Source of the DNA: a virus | Reading direction: 5' to 3' (one strand) | Virus record (IMG/VR): IMGVR_UViG_3300045988_061855 | DNA: 64,000 nucleotides | Part shown: positions 16,733-25,806 of the stretch, piece by piece | Layout of the letters: every line of letters begins with the position of its first letter | Position numbering within the stretch: position 1 is the first letter of the stretch | Position numbers and translations under genes: made by a program | Notes under the pieces: model-generated | What the model was told of the DNA's origin: nothing | Seen by the model: the letters and a program-made list of their open reading frames with translations, nothing else | Database searches by the model: none

Positions 16733-17236
16733 ATGGAATTAAAGATTTTAAAAAACGGAAACTTACAGATTGACGACGCAAGAATCATATTTAGAAACTT
16801 TAGAGGCGAGGCATCTAAGTACAATAATGCTGGAGACAGAAACTTTAGTTTAGTTATACCTGATCAGGAACTTGCAGATATGCTGACCAACGATACGAAT
16901 TCATACGGAGTAGGTTGGAATATTAAGGTCAAAGATTCACTTGATCCGGATGATGCACCTCGTATGCATATGAAAGTTAAGGTCAAGTTCTCACGTAAAG
17001 GACCTAATATTTATTTGGTTACCGGTGGACACCGTAAGCTTCTTACAGAAGATAATGTCGGATATCTTGATGATATAAATATAGCTTCTGTGAGAATGGA
17101 CATAAGACCATATGATGATGTAGTTAATGGTAAGCCGTTCAGAGCCGCATATCTTGCATCCATGGAAGTAACTCAGGATTTAGATAGATTCGCTGCTGAG
17201 TATGAAAGAGAAGACGAAGCTGAAGAGGATGAATAA
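16733..17236 (+). CDS. Putative ssDNA-binding protein (gp2.5-like architecture)
   Basis: Sits in the replication module. Acidic C-terminal tail EYEREDEAEEDE. FRNFRGE...RNFSLVIP and RMDIRPY blocks are reminiscent of T7 gp2.5-type SSBs. Family call is tentative. Confidence 0.6.
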   Translation: MELKILKNGNLQIDDARIIFRNFRGEASKYNNAGDRNFSLVIPDQELADMLTNDTNSYGVGWNIKVKDSLDPDDAPRMHMKVKVKFSRKGPNIYLVTGGHRKLLTEDNVGYLDDINIASVRMDIRPYDDVVNGKPFRAAYLASMEVTQDLDRFAAEYEREDEAEEDE

Positions 17237-17244
17237 TATTTTAC

Positions 17245-17276
17245 AGAGCCTTAGTTTATGCTGAGGCTCTTTTTTT
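17245..17276 (+). terminator. Intrinsic terminator
   Basis: AGAGCCT pairs with AGGCTCT, then TTTTTT. Confidence 0.65.
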
Positions 17277-17292
17277 AAAGGAGATTTTGAGT

Positions 17293-17559
17293 ATGATTAC
17301 AAATTATTTTTTAAATGGTGGAACATGGAGTTTATATGTAGATAAGGTTGATTCTTACGCGACTGTAAATGTTGGATTTTCTCATAATGATGATGAAGAC
17401 GAGACACAGTTTGATATTTCTTATCCGAATATCGGCGAGTTAAATACACTGTTTAACAACTTCGTTGCTGAGAATAACTTTGAAAACGTGAAAATATTAT
17501 ATGTGAATGTTATAAAAACAGCACATACAATATATGGATTGGAGGAAGCAGATGAGTAA
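17293..17559 (+). CDS. Hypothetical protein, 88 aa
   Basis: ATG 17293 behind AAAGGAGA. Confidence 0.6.
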   Translation: MITNYFLNGGTWSLYVDKVDSYATVNVGFSHNDDEDETQFDISYPNIGELNTLFNNFVAENNFENVKILYVNVIKTAHTIYGLEEADE

Positions 17560-17761
17560 TAAGTTAAAGGTTCAGAGATTAGATGATGGACTGATTATTG
17601 GTTATAGTCGCAAAGACCCTTTTTCACCTCCTGTGATGGTTGTTGGAAGAAAAAGGATGAACGATACGCCAGTTATAATAAACGCTTTCGAAGGTAAGGA
17701 AGCTGAAGAGTTATATAAGAAGCTGACTACCGTTGTAAAAAAGGATGATGCTAATGGCTAA
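17552..17761 (+). CDS. Hypothetical protein, 69 aa
   Basis: ATG behind GGAGGAAG; overlaps neighbouring genes. Confidence 0.6.
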   Translation: MSNKLKVQRLDDGLIIGYSRKDPFSPPVMVVGRKRMNDTPVIINAFEGKEAEELYKKLTTVVKKDDANG

Positions 17762-19004
17762 TTCATTTTTGAGAGATTACCAGATGGACGCTGTAAAAAA
17801 AATGAGTAATGGATGCATCTTAAATGGCGGTACTGGCTCTGGAAAATCACGGACTGGATTATATTACTACTTCAAAGAGCAGGGCGGTTGTCTTGAAAAT
17901 CAGGAAACGATTTATATGAAAAATCCAAAAGACTTATATATCATAACCACGGCTAAGAAGAGAGATTCATTGGAGTGGGAAGGCGAACTTGCCAACTTCT
18001 GTATGTCCAGTAATCCAAAGAATAATAAATTATATTCTAATAAAATTGTAGTTGACTCGTGGAATAATATAAAGAAGTATGCTGATACAACAGATGCTTT
18101 CTTTATATTTGACGAGGACAAGGTTACTGGTTCCGGAGTATGGGTTAAGGCATTCTTAAAGATATCTAAACATAACGATTGGATTATATTGTCGGCAACT
18201 CCAGGAGATACATGGAGTGATTATATTCCAGTATTTATAGCCAATAGGTTCTACAAGAATGTAACGGAGTTTAGAGAGCGGCACATCATATATTCAAGAT
18301 ATACCAAATGGCCTCAAGTTGACAGATACATCGATACAAATAGATTGATTAGGCTAAGAGACAGAATTCTTATAGATATGGATTTCGAGAGAAGTACCGT
18401 ACCGCACCATCAAGACATTCATGTCTCGTATGATATATCTAAGTATAAAGAGATACTGAAAACAAGATGGGACCCATATAAAAAAGAACCCATTGAGCAA
18501 GCGGCGGGGCTTTGCTATGTTCTGAGGCGGCTGGTTAACGAAGACGAATCAAGAGTTGTAGCTCTACTTGAATTACTGGATAAAACTGATAAGGCAATTA
18601 TATTCTACAATTTTGATTACGAACGGGATATATTACTTCATACTATGGCTGATTTGAATGAAACATTTGATAATTATGACGACATTTATGAGGTTACTGA
18701 ATGGAGCGGACATGCTCATCAGCCAGTTCCAACTTCAAAGAGATGGATATATTTGGTACAGTATACGGCTGGTTGCGAAGGCTGGAATTGCATTACTACT
18801 GACACAATTATATTTTACTCGCAAAATTACAGCTATAAGGTTATGGAGCAGGCGTGCGGTCGAATAGACCGAATGAATACACCATTTATTAATCTATATT
18901 ATTATCATTTGAAAAGCCGAGCTGGTATTGATTTAGCCATAACTAAAGCACTTAATGAAAAGAAAAAATTTAATGAACGGAAGTTTACTAAATGGGATAG
19001 GTAG
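17745..19004 (+). CDS. SF2 (DEAD/SNF2-like) helicase
   Basis: Motif I GGTGSGKS, motif II FIFDEDK, motif III LSATPG; C-terminal helicase lobe. The start may be ATG 17754. Confidence 0.85.
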   Translation: MMLMANSFLRDYQMDAVKKMSNGCILNGGTGSGKSRTGLYYYFKEQGGCLENQETIYMKNPKDLYIITTAKKRDSLEWEGELANFCMSSNPKNNKLYSNKIVVDSWNNIKKYADTTDAFFIFDEDKVTGSGVWVKAFLKISKHNDWIILSATPGDTWSDYIPVFIANRFYKNVTEFRERHIIYSRYTKWPQVDRYIDTNRLIRLRDRILIDMDFERSTVPHHQDIHVSYDISKYKEILKTRWDPYKKEPIEQAAGLCYVLRRLVNEDESRVVALLELLDKTDKAIIFYNFDYERDILLHTMADLNETFDNYDDIYEVTEWSGHAHQPVPTSKRWIYLVQYTAGCEGWNCITTDTIIFYSQNYSYKVMEQACGRIDRMNTPFINLYYYHLKSRAGIDLAITKALNEKKKFNERKFTKWDR

Positions 19005-19009
19005 GTGAG

Positions 19010-19147
19010 ATGATATTGATACTATTTGGAATAATTGTGGTCTTGGCGATTGGAACGGTACTCAATATTATATTTGCAGTTAACGAACCAGACGATGATA
19101 TTCGCGATGAGAACGACTCCTTTAATGAGAATAAAACAAAGGAGTGA
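19010..19147 (+). CDS. TM peptide, 45 aa (sub-threshold)
   Basis: MILILFGIIVVLAIGTVLNIIFAVNEPDDDIRDENDSFNENKTKE*. Confidence 0.4.
   Translation: MILILFGIIVVLAIGTVLNIIFAVNEPDDDIRDENDSFNENKTKE
19111..19127 (+). promoter_or_regulatory. Early-region box copy (weak upstream half)
   Basis: gaACGactccTTTAATG, upstream of the 19153 gene. Confidence 0.35.
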
Positions 19148-19152
19148 TTTAT

Positions 19153-19413
19153 ATGTGCGAGTATGAAATTATATTTTGTAAGGCGTTACATGAGAAATTA
19201 AAAGAAAAAGTAAAAGGCGGACTCTGGGTAAGGGTTAAAAATGACGATTGTTTATGGATTGATATTGTTCAGCGAGAACTTAATACAATAACACATATAC
19301 AAATTGGCAATCCTTTTTCAGAATTAATCGTTAAAGGCTTTTCTGTTGATGAGGCATGTGAGGAGGTTATAAAACAGTACAGACGGATAATATTAAGCCG
19401 TTGTTTTAAGTAA
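19153..19413 (+). CDS. Hypothetical protein, 86 aa
   Basis: ATG behind AAAGGAG. Confidence 0.6.
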   Translation: MCEYEIIFCKALHEKLKEKVKGGLWVRVKNDDCLWIDIVQRELNTITHIQIGNPFSELIVKGFSVDEACEEVIKQYRRIILSRCFK

Positions 19414-19475
19414 CATATTTAAGAGGTTTGGTCATATAGACTGAGCCTCTTATATTTTTTTGGAGGTGAAAAAAT

Positions 19476-19661
19476 ATGGGTTCATGTGGGGCTGACAATC
19501 CAATACCTAAAGCAGAATCACTGTCACAATGTAAAAAACGATGTAAAGCCGTAGCTAAAGATTTGGGATACGGTTATGACGTTGTGGATGCCATTAAACA
19601 AGCTAAGAGTAATGATGAGATTGACCGAATAATGATTGATGCTAGAAGGAGACAGGAATGA
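19476..19661 (+). CDS. Hypothetical protein, 61 aa
   Basis: GGAGGTG RBS. Confidence 0.55.
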   Translation: MGSCGADNPIPKAESLSQCKKRCKAVAKDLGYGYDVVDAIKQAKSNDEIDRIMIDARRRQE

Positions 19662-19816
19662 TAAGTAAACAAGATAGAGAAGTTCGTTTTGATAAATATT
19701 GCGAGCTGTGTAAGTACAAGGAGTTAGATGATATTAAAGACCCTTGTAATGCCTGCTTAGATGCACCATTTAACGAGTACTCACACAAACCAATATGTTT
19801 TGAAGAGAAAGAATAA
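19658..19816 (+). CDS. Cys-rich small protein, 52 aa (sub-threshold)
   Basis: ATGA overlap with the previous stop. MISKQDREVRFDKYCELCKYKELDDIKDPCNACLDAPFNEYSHKPICFEEKE*. Confidence 0.5.
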   Translation: MISKQDREVRFDKYCELCKYKELDDIKDPCNACLDAPFNEYSHKPICFEEKE

Positions 19817-19827
19817 TGGTCGTGTAA

Positions 19828-19845
19828 TTTACAAGTACTATTATG
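19828..19845 (+). promoter_or_regulatory. Early-region box copy
   Basis: ttTACAagtacTATTATG, abutting the AAAGGAG of the 19863 ORF. Confidence 0.55.
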
Positions 19846-19862
19846 AAAGGAGTGTGATATTT

Positions 19863-19949
19863 ATGAAACAGGGCGTCAAATTAGCGATTGTTGGTGTTGC
19901 TGGGTATTTCATAGGGCTTATGCTTGGTATAAAAAAACAAATATATTGA
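19863..19949 (+). CDS. TM peptide, 28 aa
   Basis: MKQGVKLAIVGVAGYFIGLMLGIKKQIY behind AAAGGAG. Confidence 0.4.
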   Translation: MKQGVKLAIVGVAGYFIGLMLGIKKQIY

Positions 19950-19980
19950 CGGCTAATTAAATAATAACACTGACGAGACA

Positions 19981-20007
19981 GAGTCCTAACAAGGGCTCTT
20001 TCTTTTT
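19981..20007 (+). terminator. Terminator family A copy
   Basis: GAGTCCTAACAAGGGCTCTTTCTTTTTTT. Confidence 0.65.
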
Positions 20008-20034
20008 TTACACATTTTAAGGAGGATTTACATT

Positions 20035-20319
20035 ATGGACGCAAAATTTGAATTAGGAAGAGTGGTTATAACTAAGAGTGCTGCTGAGAGATTAGAGAAT
20101 GATGATGAATTTTACGCTTTTGTCGAGGAATCTTTAGCCAGATACACACAGGGTGATTGGGGTGACACATGTGATGAAGACAAGAAGACTAATGACGCTG
20201 CTATAAAAGATAACGACAGAATTTTAGCAGTATATAAGTATAACGATACTACTACAATTTGGATAATTACGGAATGCGATAGAAGTGTAACAACTATTCT
20301 ATTTCCGAGCGAATATTAG
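20035..20319 (+). CDS. GDWG-motif protein (conserved plasmid/phage family, unknown function)
   Basis: ...RYTQGDWGDTCDEDKKTNDAAIKDNDRILAVY...IWIITECDRSVTTILFPSEY matches a widespread small family that I recall only as uncharacterised. Confidence 0.7.
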   Translation: MDAKFELGRVVITKSAAERLENDDEFYAFVEESLARYTQGDWGDTCDEDKKTNDAAIKDNDRILAVYKYNDTTTIWIITECDRSVTTILFPSEY

Positions 20320-20328
20320 GAGGTGCTT

Positions 20329-20487
20329 ATGAATAATACAACAAAAATAAAGATATTAGCATACGCCTCAGAACCAGATAAAGATACAGATTACAACGGA
20401 GATATTGTTGAATTTGAAGGCAAGAGATATTTTGTAAGTTTAGCAGAGGAACGAGTAGAGTTTCTTGAAATTATAAAGGAGGATTAA
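20329..20487 (+). CDS. Hypothetical protein, 52 aa (sub-threshold)
   Basis: AGGAGGTG RBS. MNNTTKIKILAYASEPDKDTDYNGDIVEFEGKRYFVSLAEERVEFLEIIKED*. Confidence 0.5.
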   Translation: MNNTTKIKILAYASEPDKDTDYNGDIVEFEGKRYFVSLAEERVEFLEIIKED

Positions 20488-20491
20488 CATT

Positions 20492-21085
20492 ATGAACTAT
20501 TTAGATACAGATAGGAACATAAAGCTGCCGACACCTAAGTGGTATACACCATATATTAAAGGGCATCCAATGATTAAACTTGGCGAGTTTTGTAGGACGC
20601 ATGGGATTGCTATAGAGAGTGAATATAACACATACCAAGATGTTACCACATTTTATTTTCGCAGACATAGTATGCTTGGTAAAGCTGCGGCTAGTTATCG
20701 TATTCCATGCGACGGAATAAATGAATATTATGATACATCACATATCGAATACATGATCATTAAACAAATCAGAAATGATTTTGATATTAAGGAGGAATTA
20801 CAATATATGGTAACACCAAGAAATAGTGGAAGATATGCAGCAACTATGAACACTCGTTATGGAATATGTAATAATAAGCCGGAAATCAAGAATGTTATAT
20901 TTTCAGGTCCATGCACAATTGTTCTGTGGTCAGATGGAGATAAGACAATCGTAAGATGCGGAGAAGATGACACGTTTGATAAAGAAAAAGGACTTGCTAT
21001 GGCTATTTCTAAGAAAATGTTAGGAACTAACAGTTCAAAGTCTAGCTATTATGATGTTTTTAAAAAATTTATTCAGGAGGCATAA
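20492..21085 (+). CDS. Hypothetical protein, 197 aa
   Basis: AAGGAGG RBS. C-terminal DTFDKEKGLAMAISKKMLG block. Confidence 0.7.
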   Translation: MNYLDTDRNIKLPTPKWYTPYIKGHPMIKLGEFCRTHGIAIESEYNTYQDVTTFYFRRHSMLGKAAASYRIPCDGINEYYDTSHIEYMIIKQIRNDFDIKEELQYMVTPRNSGRYAATMNTRYGICNNKPEIKNVIFSGPCTIVLWSDGDKTIVRCGEDDTFDKEKGLAMAISKKMLGTNSSKSSYYDVFKKFIQEA

Positions 21086-21087
21086 TT

Positions 21088-21420
21088 ATGGGAACTTTTG
21101 GAAACACATCAGATATTATAAGTAGTACAGTTGATAAAATTGTAACCACTGTGAATGAGACACAAGATGCATTTATATTTTCAACGCTGAGTAGTTATGC
21201 CACTGAACAGTATAACATTACAGTTGAAAAAGAAGAATTAGTACGTGCCATTCAGTTAATTCGAATGAGCAGAGAATATGGTCCTAGTATTGGTGAGCGT
21301 TGGGCAACTGCCACTCAGAATGCGGCAGAATTAAATCGTGCTTATGAAAAAGGACTTCAAGATGGCATACAGGAAGCACGTAAGAGATTAGAAAATACAT
21401 TTAAGGAGGAAAAGAAATGA
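21088..21420 (+). CDS. Hypothetical protein, 110 aa
   Basis: CAGGAGG RBS. Confidence 0.65.
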   Translation: MGTFGNTSDIISSTVDKIVTTVNETQDAFIFSTLSSYATEQYNITVEKEELVRAIQLIRMSREYGPSIGERWATATQNAAELNRAYEKGLQDGIQEARKRLENTFKEEKK

Positions 21421-21782
21421 TTTCAGAGAATAATATTTGTGAGTTGATAGATGTAAAAATCAATAAATCAGATAATAGATATGTTTTGTGTCTTACATAT
21501 AAATACCATGATGAATATGGTAATACACATGAAAGAGTAATTGATAATGTTCCATTACCACTTTATAATCATTTAGACAATATAATAATTAAGGAAACAT
21601 ACGGATCTCCGCTGTTTGGTCTTTACATACCCAAGACAATCGATGTCGGATTTGGCGAACAGGATGTAAGACCTGATTTTACATATATAGACCGTATAGT
21701 GGAATATGCAACAAAAGAAATGACAATCGAAGAAATTGAAAATAAACTCGGTCATAAGGTTAAGATTGTTAATAAGAAATAA
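21417..21782 (+). CDS. Hypothetical protein, 121 aa
   Basis: ATGA overlap with the previous gene. Confidence 0.65.
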   Translation: MISENNICELIDVKINKSDNRYVLCLTYKYHDEYGNTHERVIDNVPLPLYNHLDNIIIKETYGSPLFGLYIPKTIDVGFGEQDVRPDFTYIDRIVEYATKEMTIEEIENKLGHKVKIVNKK

Positions 21783-21793
21783 ACATTTTTAAG

Positions 21794-21827
21794 GGCTTTA
21801 GAGAATTCTAAGGCTCTTTTTTTATTT
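21794..21827 (+). terminator. Intrinsic terminator
   Basis: GGGCTTTAGA pairs with TCTAAGGCTC (G.U pairs), then a T-run. Confidence 0.65.
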
Positions 21828-21843
21828 AGGAGGATTTACATTA

Positions 21844-21990
21844 TGGATGAAAAATTTCAAAAGGCTAAAGAAATATTGAATAGCATGACTAATGCAATTT
21901 ACAAACAATATTTCGGAAAGAGAGGCAAAAAGAAAAACAAGTAAAATAGCTCGCGTGTTTCACGCACTCTGTAATGAGAAAGGAGAGTGA
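21844..21990 (+). CDS. Possible small ORF, 48 aa
   Basis: Strong TAGGAGGATTTACATT-ATG context, but the 3' part overlaps a box copy. Confidence 0.35.
21958..21976 (+). promoter_or_regulatory. Early-region box copy (weak upstream half)
   Basis: tttcACGcactcTGTAATG, abutting the AAAGGAGAG of the 21996 gene. Confidence 0.35.
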
Positions 21991-21995
21991 TATGT

Positions 21996-22178
21996 ATGTC
22001 AATAGAAAAAATGATACTAAATGTAGCAACTCATTATCATGCAAACTTAATTGATATTCATAATGCTTTACATGCTTTAGGTTTAAGAAGCGATGATCAA
22101 GCAGAAGAATTTAATAAAAGACATGTAATGAAGATTGTTGAGATGTATGAACGAAGAGGACATAGTATTACTAAATAA
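21996..22178 (+). CDS. Hypothetical protein, 60 aa
   Basis: ATG 21996 behind AAAGGAGAG. Confidence 0.55.
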   Translation: MSIEKMILNVATHYHANLIDIHNALHALGLRSDDQAEEFNKRHVMKIVEMYERRGHSITK

Positions 22179-22263
22179 AATTAGAGCCTTGGTTGAAATA
22201 TACTAGGGCTCTTTCTTTTTCATTTAACACACAAAAACAATAACAATAATTTAGGAGGATTAG

Positions 22264-22578
22264 ATGTTAGATAATGCTAAGGACCAATGTACAGTCAAGG
22301 ATCTAAAAGAACTATTGAATGAATTATCGAATAATGGATATGATAATATGCCGATATTTTTAGGCAATAAAACACCATTATTAAATGATGCTATTTGTAT
22401 AAGCTATGCATTTGATGTGGGGGTATATTTTAAGAATACTCATTATGATAAAGAGCTTGTTAATGCTGCTGACCAGTTAAAAAATGAAATTGATGTGGCG
22501 GTTAAAAAATATATAGCACATTGTTATTATGCTGGGCGTGATATTAAATCAGACGAGGAGGTTTTGCATCATGAGTAA
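22264..22578 (+). CDS. Hypothetical protein, 104 aa
   Basis: TAGGAGG RBS. Confidence 0.65.
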   Translation: MLDNAKDQCTVKDLKELLNELSNNGYDNMPIFLGNKTPLLNDAICISYAFDVGVYFKNTHYDKELVNAADQLKNEIDVAVKKYIAHCYYAGRDIKSDEEVLHHE

Positions 22579-22729
22579 TGATATTTCCAGTATGTACACA
22601 AAAGATCAAAATAAGAAAGCTGGGCGTCGAGGATATTCATTATGGAAACATGAGAAGGTAGCAATAATACCTCCAGCAGCTTATGGCGATTATATTTTGC
22701 AGGATAGAAGGAGAGGCAAAAAGAGATGA
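22571..22729 (+). CDS. Basic small protein, 52 aa
   Basis: ATG 22571 overlaps the upstream gene's end. MSNDISSMYTKDQNKKAGRRGYSLWKHEK... Confidence 0.5.
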   Translation: MSNDISSMYTKDQNKKAGRRGYSLWKHEKVAIIPPAAYGDYILQDRRRGKKR

Positions 22730-22989
22730 TAGTGTTGTTAATCGTTTTGTATTTAATAATAGGTCTTATAGTGTCAATTATTGGCACTTACGTTGACTAT
22801 AGGGAAAGCTGGCGAACTGATATTGTCGATTATATTGAGTATGATTTTTCTGTGGCTACTATCATAATTGTATTGTTCTTCTGGCCCATTATATTATTTT
22901 GGGTATTTATTTTATATGGGTGTAAAAATCTATATATGGCCACAACGATATTATTAGACAAATTTTATAGAAAGAGAGGTAAAAAATAA
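22726..22989 (+). CDS. Two-TM membrane protein
   Basis: MIVLLIVLYLIIGLIVSIIG... and ...IIIVLFFWPIILFWVFILYG. Confidence 0.65.
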   Translation: MIVLLIVLYLIIGLIVSIIGTYVDYRESWRTDIVDYIEYDFSVATIIIVLFFWPIILFWVFILYGCKNLYMATTILLDKFYRKRGKK

Positions 22990-22992
22990 AAT

Positions 22993-23310
22993 ATGTCAAG
23001 TAATAAACAGGAATGCTCATATAAATGCATAGGAGTTTGGCAAAATGATTATAGGTTATATCATGACGGCAAACATAATGAATTTTTTGTACTTACTCCT
23101 AAATTTAGAATTACACAATCTCCTCGCAGAATAAGCCCTGAACTAGCGGATTGGTGTAATAAGAAAATAGAAGAATGGAATGAGGCACATAAACCGGCAA
23201 CCACAGATATTATAAAGAGTGGAATAGGTCATAAGATAAACAATAAATATCACAATATGTTCTATGAATTAGAACAAAAACTTAAAGAAGGAGAGTCAAA
23301 TGATGAGTGA
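22993..23310 (+). CDS. Hypothetical protein, 105 aa
   Basis: ORF in the operon context. Confidence 0.65.
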   Translation: MSSNKQECSYKCIGVWQNDYRLYHDGKHNEFFVLTPKFRITQSPRRISPELADWCNKKIEEWNEAHKPATTDIIKSGIGHKINNKYHNMFYELEQKLKEGESNDE

Positions 23311-23488
23311 TGTTTTGGTTATTAAGTCTAGACGCGCAGTCAGACCTGAAAGATTGAGAGAATTGAGAAGAAATATTTTAGAACAGAAAGAAACTGGTGT
23401 GATTGTTTTACCATCATGCGTTGATGCTGTGGTTGTTCCAGATGATATTAAAATTGTTATTGATGATGATGAAAGGGAAGAAAGGTAA
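23300..23488 (+). CDS. Hypothetical protein, 62 aa
   Basis: GAAGGAGAG RBS. Confidence 0.55.
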   Translation: MMSDVLVIKSRRAVRPERLRELRRNILEQKETGVIVLPSCVDAVVVPDDIKIVIDDDEREER

Positions 23489-23494
23489 AAAATA

Positions 23495-24457
23495 ATGAGT
23501 AAAGAATACGATTTATATTTAGAACAGCATAGAGCTAACGTAGCTAAAGGATTCTATTGGATTCAGGAAAATCTACCAGAGTTATTGATAGACATCCCTA
23601 ATGTATCATATGAACATCAGATTTGTTATTCTCACGATAATTCTAAGGACGATAGTGCAGAATACAAAGCATATGATGCTTATTTTTATGGGAGAAACAG
23701 GTCTTTTCAAGTTGTGCAGGATTTCCAGTATGCATGGCTTACACATATTCATAAAAATCCACATCATTGGCAGCATTGGATTCTTGTTCATGATGATATC
23801 AAGAATGGAAAGTTAGAGACAATCCTTGAGATACCATATAATTATATTATAGAAATGATTTGCGATTGGTGGGCTTTTAGTTGGGCTCGCAGCAATTTAT
23901 ATGAGATATTCAACTGGTATGATGAGCATTCAAAAAATATGAAACTTGCGCCAGAAACCAGAACAACTGTTGAAAGCATTCTGAATAAGATAAAAAATAC
24001 GCTTGATAACTCAGAGATTATTCACAGTGGAGTTAAGGGGATGAAATGGGGTGTTAAAAACGGTCCACCATATCCGATAAAATATAACGGACGAGTTGCA
24101 GCTATACAGAAACGTGATAGAATAGTAGAAAATGCTATTAAATCCGGAGAAGTAATAAAAACTATAAATAGAGATAAACAGGAACGTCATAATAAAACAC
24201 AACACATTCCAGGAAGAAGTTATCTAAATGGTGATACAGAATATGCACAGAAATTAGTGAATAAATACAGTGGGACTGGTGAATCAAAACTTGATCATCA
24301 TGGTAAATGGAATCATCGAGAACGAATATTCGCGGATGAGGATATTGGTATGTATGTGGATGATCAAGGTACAGAAATACCATCGAATGTTGGAATGATA
24401 GTATATTCTAATACTGGAACACATATTTATCCGGCACGAAGAAAGGAGAACAAATAA
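23495..24457 (+). CDS. Fusion: DUF5662-like N-domain + HxGVxGMKWG motif + C-terminal polymorphic-toxin type 50 (Ntox50)-like domain
   Basis: N-domain: HDNSKDDSAEY...HIHKNPHHWQHW...EMICDWWAFSW. Middle: IIHSGVKGMKWGVKNGPPYP. C-terminus: DKQERH..IPGRSYL..AQKLVNKYSGTGE...DIGMYVD...GMIVYSNTGTHIYPAR. Confidence 0.8.
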   Translation: MSKEYDLYLEQHRANVAKGFYWIQENLPELLIDIPNVSYEHQICYSHDNSKDDSAEYKAYDAYFYGRNRSFQVVQDFQYAWLTHIHKNPHHWQHWILVHDDIKNGKLETILEIPYNYIIEMICDWWAFSWARSNLYEIFNWYDEHSKNMKLAPETRTTVESILNKIKNTLDNSEIIHSGVKGMKWGVKNGPPYPIKYNGRVAAIQKRDRIVENAIKSGEVIKTINRDKQERHNKTQHIPGRSYLNGDTEYAQKLVNKYSGTGESKLDHHGKWNHRERIFADEDIGMYVDDQGTEIPSNVGMIVYSNTGTHIYPARRKENK

Positions 24458-24670
24458 ATGAAACTTAGTCAGAATCTTGAAGGAAGAAACGTTAAAATAA
24501 CATGTGTAGATGGAGATGTATTTACTGGGCAGGTCAGTGATTATGTATTTCCAGAAGATAATGAACCTGAAGGAGTAGCAGCAATAGATATTGATAATTG
24601 TCCTCAGAGTTCTGGAGAAAGCGTTAGCTTTAATGAAGATGAAATAGCTAACATTGAAGTGATTAACTAA
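24458..24670 (+). CDS. Small acidic protein directly downstream of the toxin-like domain (candidate immunity/partner)
   Basis: The stop of 23495..24457 abuts this ATG (TAAATG). 70 aa: GRNVKITCVDGDVFTGQVSDYVF... Confidence 0.65.
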   Translation: MKLSQNLEGRNVKITCVDGDVFTGQVSDYVFPEDNEPEGVAAIDIDNCPQSSGESVSFNEDEIANIEVIN

Positions 24671-24697
24671 AAAGTCGCTTTAAACATTTGAATGCTT

Positions 24698-24737
24698 AAA
24701 CCCATGAGCCTTTATAAGCTTGTGGGTTATTTTATTT
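24698..24737 (+). terminator. Intrinsic terminator
   Basis: AAACCCATGAGC pairs with GCTTGTGGGTT (G.U pairs), then ATTTTATTT. Confidence 0.6.
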
Positions 24738-24755
24738 AAAAGGAGAGAAAACACT

Positions 24756-24956
24756 ATGAAACTTGGAGACTTTTTATTAAGCGCATATAACGATGTTGCC
24801 GTTGTTAATGCCCGTCGCGAAACAGAAGTTTATATTAAATATGATATTGATCCAGCTAAATATCTTAACGCCGATATTTTGAATAGAGAAATTAAGGCAA
24901 TTGGAGCTGGTGATGGAGAGTTTAGGGTTTTACTTGAGGAGGGGGATAATGATTGA
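24756..24956 (+). CDS. Hypothetical protein, 66 aa
   Basis: ATG behind AAAGGAGAG. Confidence 0.55.
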   Translation: MKLGDFLLSAYNDVAVVNARRETEVYIKYDIDPAKYLNADILNREIKAIGAGDGEFRVLLEEGDND

Positions 24957-25134
24957 TTTTTGGTTATCTAAAAATGTTGCTGACGCACTGTATGGTCTTA
25001 TTGTTTTAGCCATGTTTTTTATAATAATGTTTATTGTGAGTGCTATCAAAAGTGTATTTAACAGGCATAATAAAAAGAAATTTTATAAACAGTTTAAAGA
25101 GTCTAAGAGAAAGGATGATAAAAATAATGGATAA
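24949..25134 (+). CDS. Small TM protein, 61 aa
   Basis: LYGLIVLAMFFIIMFIVSAI followed by a basic tail. Confidence 0.55.
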   Translation: MIDFWLSKNVADALYGLIVLAMFFIIMFIVSAIKSVFNRHNKKKFYKQFKESKRKDDKNNG

Positions 25135-25378
25135 ATTATATTTGGTTCATGGAAATACTTGGTATGAGGGATATGGACATTGTGAGAATCTTTATGGAGT
25201 GTTTACAGATAGAAAAACAGCTGAGAAGGTTAAGGCTGAAGTAACAGTGAAACTCTATGAGAAAGAAATGCATAATATAAACACCAATGTTGAGAGTATT
25301 TCTGATATTGAAATTGATATTTTGGAAGTCGATGCTAACCAGGTTACTGATATAGAATTAGGAGGATACGTTGAATGA
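25127..25378 (+). CDS. Hypothetical protein, 83 aa
   Basis: Overlapping start/stop chain with neighbouring genes. Confidence 0.6.
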   Translation: MDKLYLVHGNTWYEGYGHCENLYGVFTDRKTAEKVKAEVTVKLYEKEMHNINTNVESISDIEIDILEVDANQVTDIELGGYVE

Positions 25379-25806
25379 GAGGCAAATTAAAGTTAGATGA
25401 AACATCAGTTGCTAAAATAATTGAAATTGCCATGTCTAATAATGAAAAATGTAAGGCTTGTAAGTTCAGAGGCATGTGCTTTTTTGCTTACTCATGCCTT
25501 AGCAACAATTATAAATACTATTTAAAGGGAGATACGGAAATGATTAGAGAATTGAAAAATTGGACTGAAACAACAAAAGGATTATACAGGTATGTTGTTG
25601 GTGCTTCGGTATGTTATGAGATTCACATAATGTATCATGCTAAGGATACTGATATTTTAACAGCGAACGCTTCATTATATATAGTTGGTGATTGGTTTAA
25701 GCCTGTAAGCAGCACTAACTTCTTTGAGAGGAAGCTATTATTAAATGGTCCTGTAGCAGCATGTTTAGAAAAAGCTGCTGAAGACGAAAAGGAGATGGGA
25801 AAATAA
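25375..25806 (+). CDS. Hypothetical protein, 143 aa
   Basis: AGGAGG RBS. Confidence 0.65.
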   Translation: MRGKLKLDETSVAKIIEIAMSNNEKCKACKFRGMCFFAYSCLSNNYKYYLKGDTEMIRELKNWTETTKGLYRYVVGASVCYEIHIMYHAKDTDILTANASLYIVGDWFKPVSSTNFFERKLLLNGPVAACLEKAAEDEKEMGK

